Both the position numbers and the translations under genes were made by a program. Shown here one piece after another: positions 1 to 6,290 of a stretch of 24,516 nt of DNA; positions within the stretch are counted from its first letter, which is position 1; every line of letters begins with the position of its first letter. Origin of the DNA: a virus (lineage: Duplodnaviria > Heunggongvirae > Uroviricota > Caudoviricetes); the IMG/VR virus record IMGVR_UViG_2609460332_000001; one strand, given 5' to 3'. The notes under the pieces are model-generated. The model had not been told where the DNA came from, searched no databases, and was given only the letters and a program-made list of their open reading frames with translations.

Positions 1-56
1 GTTAAACTCACCGGTAGTGTCAGTGGGTCGTCTGAGATGCTGCATGAGTTATCAGA

Positions 57-83
57 GCCATCAGTACTTACTGGTGGCTTTTT
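57..83 (+). terminator. tR'-like intrinsic terminator in the late-operon leader upstream of the holin
   Basis: Stem GCCATCAG/CTGGTGGC (one G-U pair) with 6-nt loop, followed by TTTTTATTGTT; sits immediately 5' of the lysis cassette as in lambdoid PR'-tR' leaders. Confidence 0.5.
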
Positions 84-118
84 ATTGTTGTCAGCTTCCG
101 GATAACGGGAGACGGGGT

Positions 119-334
119 ATGTACCAGATGGAAAAAATCACAACAGGTGTGTCATACACCACGTCAGCGGTGGGAACGGGCTACTGGTTCCTGCAGTTGC
201 TGGACAGGGTTTCCCCGTCTCAGTGGGCGGCAATAGGCGTGCTGGGGAGTCTGCTGTTTGGGCTGCTGACATATCTGACTAACCTGTATTTCAAAATCAG
301 AGAGGACCGTCGTAAGGCGGCACGGGGAGAGTAA
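119..334 (+). CDS. S: class II holin, phage 21 S (pinholin) family, 71 aa
   Basis: [15 protein letters not shown]...[51 protein letters not shown] closely resembles recalled S21; two TMDs; two in-frame Met codons (M1, M4) like a dual-start motif; GGGAGACGGGG RBS. The ORF-track start at 17 runs through the upstream terminator and is rejected. Confidence 0.85.
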   Translation: MYQMEKITTGVSYTTSAVGTGYWFLQLLDRVSPSQWAAIGVLGSLLFGLLTYLTNLYFKIREDRRKAARGE

Positions 335-338
335 TTCA

Positions 339-683
339 ATGACTCAAAACTATGAACTGATTGTGAAAGGGATCCGCAATTTTGAGAATAAAGTTACGGT
401 AACTTTAGCGTTACGGGACAAAAAACGCTTTGACGGTGAAATTTTTGACCTGGACATCTCGCTGGACCGTGTTGAAGGTGCCGCGCTGGAGTTTTATGAG
501 GCAGCAGCCAGAAGGAGCATCAGACAGGTCTTCCTGGATGTTGCTGCCGGGTTATGTGAAGGGGATGAGCAGTCGCCGGAAAAGCGCCCCGTAATTTTAG
601 AGGCGCAGGATGTGTTGATAACCTACAGAGGAAAACTACCGGGAATAATTACGGGTTCTCTGAAGAGTCCGCCGAAATGGTAA
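339..683 (+). CDS. hypothetical protein between holin and endolysin, possibly YdfR/DUF1327-like
   Basis: 114-aa ORF starting 5 nt after the holin stop; same position as ydfR between essQ and rrrQ in E. coli Qin prophage (recalled synteny, family not verified). Confidence 0.55.
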   Translation: MTQNYELIVKGIRNFENKVTVTLALRDKKRFDGEIFDLDISLDRVEGAALEFYEAAARRSIRQVFLDVAAGLCEGDEQSPEKRPVILEAQDVLITYRGKLPGIITGSLKSPPKW

Positions 684-921
684 TTTTACCAGCATATTTT
701 TCATCCAGTAATACAGCAAGCCGCCTGAAAGAGTCTTGTTGTTCCTGAGACCATTTGGGATTGCATGATTCAAACTGGATTGATGCCAGCGTTGATTGCA
801 TCTGTTCCCTTGGAATTGAGAATGCCAGATATGAGAAGGCGACGGTAAGGGTATTCACGTCTTCCCGAAGCCTGGAAATGCTGTCGAGCAACTCCTGTAG
901 AGAAATGGTGTTATTGTCCAT
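649..921 (-). CDS. hypothetical protein, 90 aa, antisense within the lysis cassette
   Basis: Minus-strand ORF with AGGA-N7-ATG RBS and a TACAAT -10-like element upstream; overlaps the 3' end of 339..683 by 35 nt; helical-looking composition; no recognised family. Confidence 0.35.
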   Translation of the reverse strand: MDNNTISLQELLDSISRLREDVNTLTVAFSYLAFSIPREQMQSTLASIQFESCNPKWSQEQQDSFRRLAVLLDEKYAGKITISADSSENP

Positions 922-1026
922 AAATAATCCTCATGATTGTATTGACCTGTTAGCAGCCTGAGGCAACAGGCTGGAACTGATAAACATATCCAGGGCTCAG
1001 AAACCGATAAATCCTGATAAATATCC

Positions 1027-1560
1027 ATGAACGCAAAAATCAGATACGGCCTGTCGGCTGCCGTTCTGGCGCTGATTGCCGCTGGTGCGCCTGCGCCTGA
1101 CATTCTCGACCAGTTTCTGGATGAAAAGGAAGGTAACCACACCACGGCATACCGTGATGGCGCGGGTATCTGGACCATCTGCCGCGGTGCCATCCTGGTG
1201 GATGGCAAACCTGTCGTTCCGGGCATGAAGTTGTCGAAGGAAAAATGCGACCGGGTTAACGCCATTGAGCGTGATAAGGCGCTGGCATGGGTGGAGAAAA
1301 ACATCAAAGTGCCATTGACCGAACCCCAGAAAGCGGGGATCGCGTCATTCTGTCCGTACAACATTGGTCCCGGTAAGTGTTTCCCGTCGACGTTTTACAG
1401 ACGAATTAATGCAGGTGATCGCAGGGGAGCATGCGAAGCGATTCGCTGGTGGATTAAGGACGGTGGCAGAGACTGCCGTATTCGCTCAAATAACTGTTAC
1501 GGTCAGGTATTCCGTCGTGACCAGGAGAGCGCGCTGGCGTGCTGGGGAATCGACAGATAA
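1027..1560 (+). CDS. R: SAR endolysin (T4-lysozyme-like muramidase with N-terminal signal-anchor-release domain)
   Basis: N-terminal Gly/Ala-rich weakly hydrophobic segment YGLSAAVLALIAAGAPAP followed by the E-x8-D-x5-T catalytic motif (EGNHTTAYRDGAGIWT); paired with a pinholin-type S. Confidence 0.9.
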   Translation: MNAKIRYGLSAAVLALIAAGAPAPDILDQFLDEKEGNHTTAYRDGAGIWTICRGAILVDGKPVVPGMKLSKEKCDRVNAIERDKALAWVEKNIKVPLTEPQKAGIASFCPYNIGPGKCFPSTFYRRINAGDRRGACEAIRWWIKDGGRDCRIRSNNCYGQVFRRDQESALACWGIDR

Positions 1561-1652
1561 GCAGAATATTTTGCTGAAAAATGAGGTTGGCCAACGCGGG
1601 CGGATAACACGAAGTCCTGTGAACTGGCAAAACCTAAGTGAATAAAAGTAAA

Positions 1653-1689
1653 AACCCCGTTTGTTGGCAGCAAGCGGGGTTTTGTTTTT
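1653..1689 (+). terminator. intrinsic terminator downstream of endolysin
   Basis: AACCCCGTTTG / CAAGCGGGGTT stem (one mismatch), 7-nt loop, followed by TTGTTTTTA. Confidence 0.55.
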
Positions 1690-1715
1690 ATGGCAGTAAG
1701 CTATGGGAGGCTGCC

Positions 1716-1850
1716 TTGATTGATTTTAGCAAACTGATTAGGGAGTTGCGACTCATGATTAGTCAATTACCAAACTGGAAATTTTTGCTGGTCTGGAGCA
1801 TCCCTTTTTTATGGGTAGTATCCCAGTTAATTGTGGCAATTAAGGGGTAG
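1716..1850 (+). CDS. small hydrophobic peptide P1 (31 aa from ATG 1755, or 44 aa from TTG 1716)
   Basis: ...MISQLPNWKFLLVWSIPFLWVVSQLIVAIKG, one predicted TM helix; GGGAGG 5 nt upstream of in-frame TTG 1716; GGGAG 9 nt upstream of ATG 1755. Confidence 0.3.
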   Translation: MIDFSKLIRELRLMISQLPNWKFLLVWSIPFLWVVSQLIVAIKG

Positions 1851-1852
1851 CT

Positions 1853-1984
1853 ATGTCAGACAAACTCATAACGCCGGCAAAGGTCCTGTGTGTGATTGTC
1901 GGTATTTCATTTTCACTAATGCTGGTTGCTCTTTTTCTGTCCCTCGCCTGGGTGATGTTGTCTTCGTCGGGGCTGCTGGGGTGA
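1853..1984 (+). CDS. small hydrophobic peptide P2, 43 aa
   Basis: MSDKLITPAKVLCVIVGISFSLMLVALFLSLAWVMLSSSGLLG; strong RBS AAGGGG 5 nt upstream of ATG; starts 2 nt after the P1 stop; below the ORF-track length cutoff. Confidence 0.4.
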   Translation: MSDKLITPAKVLCVIVGISFSLMLVALFLSLAWVMLSSSGLLG

Positions 1985-2103
1985 CAGTGACTGATGACAT
2001 CAGCAGAGCGCTGGCTTTTGCTATTAAGTGGGTGGCTGTTGGTATTGCTGTGTCTCCGATGCTGTATGGGCTGGCAAAACTGGTCATTGCGCTGAAATCG
2101 TGA
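1981..2103 (+). CDS. small hydrophobic peptide P3, about 40 aa (GTG start overlapping P2 stop as GTGA)
   Basis: (M)TVTDDISRALAFAIKWVAVGIAVSPMLYGLAKLVIALKS; C-terminal part of ORF 1831..2103; shares the motif RA(L/M)AFAI(K/R)xVA(V/I) with P4. Confidence 0.3.
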   Translation: MTVTDDISRALAFAIKWVAVGIAVSPMLYGLAKLVIALKS

Positions 2104-2114
2104 ACTTTAAAAAG

Positions 2115-2201
2115 ATGAGTGCTGAACTTATTCGGGCAATGGCATTTGCCATTCGTATTGTGGCCATTGCTGTTCTGGTCTGGGCAATCCGTTGGTGGTG
2201 A
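2115..2201 (+). CDS. small hydrophobic peptide P4, 28 aa, paralog of P3
   Basis: [28 protein letters not shown]; stop TGA ends 1 nt before the Rz ATG; weak RBS. Confidence 0.3.
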   Translation: MSAELIRAMAFAIRIVAIAVLVWAIRWW

Positions 2202-2202
2202 T

Positions 2203-2697
2203 ATGAACCGTGTTCTGTGTGTGGTGATTATTGTCATGCTGGTAGCCTGTGGTGTGCTTAGTCTGGGGCTGAATCATTACCGCGATAACGCCATCACCTA
2301 CAAAGCGCAGCGCGATAAAAAAGTCAGTGAGCTGAAACTGGCGAATGCCACTATTACTGACATGCAGCAGCGCCAGCGAGATGTCGCTGCGCTTGATGCC
2401 AGATACACGAAGGAATTAGCCGATGCGAGAGCTGAAAATGAAACTCTGCGCGCTGATGTTGCCGCTGGTCGTAAGCGCCTGCGGGTCAACGCCACCTGCC
2501 CCGGTACCGTGCGTGAAGCCACCGGCACCTCCAGCGTGGATAATGCAACCGGCCCCCGACTGGCAGACACCGCTGAACGGGATTATTTCATCCTCAGAGA
2601 ACGGTTGATGACAATGCAGAAGCAGCTGGAAGGGGCGCAGGAATATATCCGCACTCAGTGCACTAAGCTGGCTTTTTATTATCCGGAGGATACATGA
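2203..2697 (+). CDS. Rz: i-spanin Rz
   Basis: [40 protein letters not shown]... closely matches recalled lambda Rz (N-terminal TMD, coiled-coil periplasmic domain). Start at ATG 2203 rather than ORF-track 2119. Confidence 0.9.
   Translation: MNRVLCVVIIVMLVACGVLSLGLNHYRDNAITYKAQRDKKVSELKLANATITDMQQRQRDVAALDARYTKELADARAENETLRADVAAGRKRLRVNATCPGTVREATGTSSVDNATGPRLADTAERDYFILRERLMTMQKQLEGAQEYIRTQCTKLAFYYPEDT
2423..2608 (+). CDS. Rz1: o-spanin Rz1 lipoprotein, embedded in the +1 frame of Rz
   Basis: [25 protein letters not shown]...[32 protein letters not shown]: lipobox LVVSAC and Pro-rich body, as lambda Rz1; wholly inside Rz. Confidence 0.85.
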   Translation: MRELKMKLCALMLPLVVSACGSTPPAPVPCVKPPAPPAWIMQPAPDWQTPLNGIISSSENG

Positions 2698-2909
2698 AGA
2701 AATTACGGGTAACCGTAGAACCTTTTCAGGGAACAATTCCGTTCCGTATTTTGCAGCGTGGTCGTGTTCTTGTTGAAGGTTCGTTCAGTGGTAAATGTAC
2801 GCAATTACACTCCCGGACCTTTCAGGTGAATGCCACGAATGAAGAGCTAACCGTGGAGTGTACGATGAATGCCGCTAAATGCCGCATGGTATTACAGCCA
2901 GTGTGTTGA
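2694..2909 (+). CDS. hypothetical protein, 71 aa, translationally coupled to Rz
   Basis: ATGA start/stop overlap with Rz; [37 protein letters not shown]...; no recognised family. Confidence 0.4.
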   Translation: MKKLRVTVEPFQGTIPFRILQRGRVLVEGSFSGKCTQLHSRTFQVNATNEELTVECTMNAAKCRMVLQPVC

Positions 2910-3107
2910 GCGACCTTATTATCCATGCGCGGTATTGTCGCCGTATTCCTGCATTAACAGAGACCGCAGCCCGACAGGGAGACTCCTCTGCGCGAGTGTG
3001 CGGGGATAATCAAAAACGATACACACCGGGGTTTACCGCGTTAACGGAGCGCGGCGTTGTCCCCTCATAGTCGCCTGTCCGGTGCGATGGTGGAAGAAAC
3101 CGAACGT

Positions 3108-3308
3108 TCATTTCTCGTTATTTGTCATGCTGGCCGGGCGCAGATGCGTTGCATCTGTTGCCAGCCTTCTCCTGCAGGCTTCAATAACCCACGCTGAAAA
3201 GTTACCGGACCCTTTATGCTCAAGGGCGATGTTGATCTGTTCAATTATGTGATTGGGGAAACGGATATTGCGGGTTGTGGTTCTGCGGGTCCGGTTTTTC
3301 GATGACAT
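3108..3308 (-). CDS. ribbon-helix-helix (Arc/MetJ/CopG-type) DNA-binding protein, 66 aa
   Basis: MSSKNRTRRTTTRNIRFPNHIIEQINIALEHKGSGNFSAWVIEACRRRL... fits the RHH pattern (beta strand RNIRFP, then two helices); RBS AAGGA 7 nt upstream of ATG at 3308; only convincing minus-strand gene in the late operon. ORF track extends to 3368, but the internal start has the RBS. Confidence 0.6.
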   Translation of the reverse strand: MSSKNRTRRTTTRNIRFPNHIIEQINIALEHKGSGNFSAWVIEACRRRLATDATHLRPASMTNNEK

Positions 3309-3349
3309 ATTTATTTCCTTTACTGATTGCCATATGACGGGGATTTTAC

Positions 3350-3715
3350 ATGGCTGAGCTTCGTACACTCCAGAGCAGAATCAAAACACTGAATACCCGA
3401 CGGGTGAATATTCTGAAGGGGGAGCAGCGTCGTGTCAGTGGCAGTGCACGTGTTTCCCTCAAGCGTCATATCTGGCTGAGGGACGCCGGGCAGTGCTGTA
3501 TCTGTGGTCGTGTGGTTGACCTCTGTGACAGTGAACTCGATCACCGAATTGCACTTCAGTTCGGTGGTGGTAATGAGGAGACGAATCTTTGGACGCTCTG
3601 TGCCGAATGCCATCGACAAAAGTCTGCTCGTGAAGCGGCGAGTGGTATGCCGGACCCGACGCTGCCGGAGGTGTCCGGAGGTAGTGGCAGAGAGGACGAC
3701 ATCATCGGACTGTAA
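3350..3715 (+). CDS. HNH endonuclease (packaging-associated)
   Basis: CxxCG...DH...NL..LC..CH..K HNH motif (CCICGRVVDLCDSELDHRIALQFGGGNEETNLWTLCAECHRQK); located directly upstream of cos/terS as in HK97-like cos phages. Confidence 0.85.
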   Translation: MAELRTLQSRIKTLNTRRVNILKGEQRRVSGSARVSLKRHIWLRDAGQCCICGRVVDLCDSELDHRIALQFGGGNEETNLWTLCAECHRQKSAREAASGMPDPTLPEVSGGSGREDDIIGL

Positions 3716-4005
3716 CCCAACCCGGGGGGGGTATCATCCGGCGTAAAAAACGATCGCTTTGGACACCGCGCCCCCTCTCACGCAGAGAAAAAATTCCCGT
3801 TTCAGGGCAGTTAACATGTTAACTGGCTGCCCGGGCATTTTTGCGGTTTTTATCTTTATTATTCAGTTTGTTGTGCGGAAAAAATGTTAACAGGCTTTTT
3901 CAGCAAATGTTAACCAGGCAGCAGTTAACATTTGCGGCATGAGACGCCGGGAAAAATGGGCTGAACCATACCCGGCTGAGTGCGTTCTGGACCCGGGAGG
4001 AGGCT
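3716..4005. promoter_or_regulatory. candidate cos / packaging-initiation region with an array of ATGTTAAC motifs
   Basis: Five GTTAAC cores within 120 bp (3810-3815, 3818-3823, 3886-3891, 3909-3914, 3924-3929) in both orientations, including the 18-bp palindrome CAGTTAACATGTTAACTG; G8 run at 3724-3731; AT-rich; between HNH and terS. Confidence 0.4.
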
Positions 4006-4569
4006 GTGCTGACAACGCAAAAACGAAAATTTGCGCTGGCGCTCATGTCCGGGAAAAACAAAACAGCGTCAGCCATTGCCGCCGGTTATTCGGCGAAGAC
4101 CGCCAGGGTTAAAGGCTCGCAGCTGGCAAAAGATCCTGAGGTGCTTGCGTTTATAGCCCGTAAACAATGCGAGACGGTGGAGGTGGATGAGGTTCCTGTT
4201 TACCGGCAGAAAAAATCAGAGCAGGAGGATAAACCCCGTCGCCGTGAGGCGGCTGCAATACCACAGCCGGACGAAAACAATCTGGAGATGCCACCGTCCG
4301 CGGTGATGTCTCCTGGTATTGAATATATGGAGGATGGTCTTCCCGATCCGGTGAAAGCCATGGGGCGGATCCTGGTGGAAAACCTCTGCATTGATCCGAA
4401 ACTGGCACTGGATGCGGCCTGGCGTCTGGCGCAGTTCACGCACCATAAAAAAGGGGATACCGGGAAAAAATCGGCAAAAGGTGATGCCGCGAAAAAAGCG
4501 GCTAACCGTTTTGCGGTGCCACCGCCCCCCCGACTGGTGGTGAATAACGATAATGAGGGCAACGGATGA
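4006..4569 (+). CDS. terminase small subunit (P27-family-like)
   Basis: GTG start after GGAGGAGG RBS; N-terminal region (KRKFALALMSGKNKTASAIAAGYSAKTARVKGSQLAKDPEV) typical of TerS; ATGA overlap with the next gene. Confidence 0.8.
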   Translation: MLTTQKRKFALALMSGKNKTASAIAAGYSAKTARVKGSQLAKDPEVLAFIARKQCETVEVDEVPVYRQKKSEQEDKPRRREAAAIPQPDENNLEMPPSAVMSPGIEYMEDGLPDPVKAMGRILVENLCIDPKLALDAAWRLAQFTHHKKGDTGKKSAKGDAAKKAANRFAVPPPPRLVVNNDNEGNG

Positions 4570-6227
4570 TACCTGTATGGAGCACAGCCTGCCCGGACTG
4601 GGCAGAGCGCCTGAAAAAGGGGCTGTCGATTATTCCGGATCCGATTTATCCGGACGAGGCCGCACATGCCCTGGCGATTTTTAAACAACTGCGGATTGTG
4701 GATGCACCTGGTAGCCCTACGTTCGGGGAGTCCTGTGCACCGTGGGTGTTTGACCTGGTGGCGGCCCTGTTTGGCTCCTACGATGCGCAGACCGGTGTAC
4801 GCCATATCAAGGAAGTTTTTATCCTTATCCCCAAGAAAAACTCGAAGTCCACGCTGGCCGCGGGGATCATGATGACTGCACTGTTACTGAACTGGCGGCA
4901 GGCGGCGGGTTACACGATTCTGGCCCCGACTGTGGAGGTGGCGGCCAACGCCTTCAACCCTGCCCGGGATATGGTACGACGTGACGATGATCTGGATGAC
5001 CTCTGCCAGGTACAGACCCATATCCGGACCATCACCCACCGAGTGACGGACACCACCCTGAAGGTGGTGGCAGCCGATCCGAATACGGTGTCCGGTATCA
5101 AGTCCGTGGGTACGCTGATTGATGAGTTGTGGCTGTTTGGCAAGCAGTGCAAGGCGGAGGACATGTTACGTGAAGCCATAGGCGGCCTTGCCTCCCGCCC
5201 GGAAGGGTTTGTGGTGTATACGACCACCCAGTCGAATGAACCGCCCGCCGGGGTGTTCAGACAGAAACTGCAGTACGCCCGGGATGTGCGCGACGGCAAA
5301 ATTCATGATCCGCACTTTCTGCCGGTGATATTTGAACACCCTCCTGAAATGGTGGAAAGCGGGACTAACCTGCTGATGGAAAACCTCGCCATGGTCAATC
5401 CGAATCTCGGCTATTCAGTGGATGAGGCCTTTCTGTACCGGGAGTACCGTAAAGCCCGGGAAGCCGGTGAAGAGACATTCCGGGGGTTCATGTCAAAACA
5501 CGCCAATGTGGAAATTGGTCTTGCCCTGCGCTCTGACCGCTGGGCGGGGGCTGATTTCTGGGAAGAGCAGGGCCGTTGTATCAGCCTGGACGATATCCTG
5601 CGTCGTGCTGATGTGGTGACGGTGGGGATTGACGGCGGAGGGCTGGATGATCTGCTGGGGATGTATGTGATTGGGCGTGACCGGGAGACCCGCGAATGGC
5701 TGGGCTGGGGCCATGCCTGGGCGCATGAAACCGCGGTGGTCCGACGGAAGAGCGAGGCGTCCCGGTTTCAGGATCTTGTTGCCTGTGGAGATATGACCAT
5801 TGTCCGGCGTGTCGGGGATGACACGGCGGAAGTGGCGGAATATGTGCGTCGCATTCATGAGGCTGAGTTACTGGACCATATCGGTATTGACCCGTCAGGG
5901 GTGGGGCAGATTCTGGATTCACTGGCGGAAGCCGGGATCCCCGACGGAATTGTGGTGGGGATAAGCCAGGGCTGGAAACTGGGCGGGGCCATTAAAACCA
6001 CCGAGCGCAAACTGGCTGAAGGGGTGCTGGTGCATGGTGACCAGCCCCTGATGGCCTGGTGTGTCGGCAATGCCCGGGTGGAGCCTAAAGGTAACGCCAT
6101 TCTTATCACCAAACAGGCCAGTGGACGGGGAAAAATTGACCCGCTGATGGCGCTGTTCAATGCGGTCTCCCTGATGTCCCTTAACCCGGAACCGAAAAAG
6201 AAAGAATATGCGGTTTTTTTCATATAA
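4566..6227 (+). CDS. terminase large subunit
   Basis: 553 aa; Walker-A-like ILIPKKNSKSTLAAG in the N-terminal ATPase part and a C-terminal nuclease-like domain (VTVGIDGGGLDD); coupled to terS. Confidence 0.9.
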   Translation: MIPVWSTACPDWAERLKKGLSIIPDPIYPDEAAHALAIFKQLRIVDAPGSPTFGESCAPWVFDLVAALFGSYDAQTGVRHIKEVFILIPKKNSKSTLAAGIMMTALLLNWRQAAGYTILAPTVEVAANAFNPARDMVRRDDDLDDLCQVQTHIRTITHRVTDTTLKVVAADPNTVSGIKSVGTLIDELWLFGKQCKAEDMLREAIGGLASRPEGFVVYTTTQSNEPPAGVFRQKLQYARDVRDGKIHDPHFLPVIFEHPPEMVESGTNLLMENLAMVNPNLGYSVDEAFLYREYRKAREAGEETFRGFMSKHANVEIGLALRSDRWAGADFWEEQGRCISLDDILRRADVVTVGIDGGGLDDLLGMYVIGRDRETREWLGWGHAWAHETAVVRRKSEASRFQDLVACGDMTIVRRVGDDTAEVAEYVRRIHEAELLDHIGIDPSGVGQILDSLAEAGIPDGIVVGISQGWKLGGAIKTTERKLAEGVLVHGDQPLMAWCVGNARVEPKGNAILITKQASGRGKIDPLMALFNAVSLMSLNPEPKKKEYAVFFI

Positions 6228-6252
6228 CCCTGTTCACACTGTAACCATCACG

Positions 6253-6273
6253 AACCGCTCCGGCGGTTTTTTT
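6253..6273 (+). terminator. terminator-like hairpin upstream of the capsid ORF
   Basis: AACCGC / GCGGTT stem, 4-nt loop (TCCG), T7 tract; followed by AGGAGG RBS and GTG 6291. Confidence 0.45.
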
Positions 6274-6290
6274 ATTTTCAGGAGGCTGAT

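Noticed and set aside
17-118. N-terminal extension of the holin ORF as given in the ORF track
   Set aside because: It reads through the tR'-like terminator hairpin and lacks an RBS; the conserved holin begins at ATG 119.
755-961. 68-aa plus-strand ORF competing with the minus-strand ORF 649-921
   Set aside because: Weak RBS and Cys-rich, unprotein-like composition; the minus-strand ORF has better signals, though neither is certain.
855-1364. 169-aa minus-strand ORF overlapping the endolysin gene
   Set aside because: Antisense shadow ORF of a well-supported gene; low-complexity Ser/Ala/Arg-rich product.
1364-1645. 93-aa plus-strand ORF overlapping the endolysin 3' end out of frame
   Set aside because: Arg-rich out-of-frame overlap with the conserved endolysin; no RBS.
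2119-2202. Upstream extension of Rz in the ORF track
   Set aside because: Similarity to lambda Rz begins at ATG 2203; the upstream region is better explained by the 28-aa ORF in another frame.
4200-4805. 201-aa minus-strand ORF across the terS/terL junction
   Set aside because: Shadow ORF antisense to two well-supported genes; Arg/Gly/Pro-rich product.
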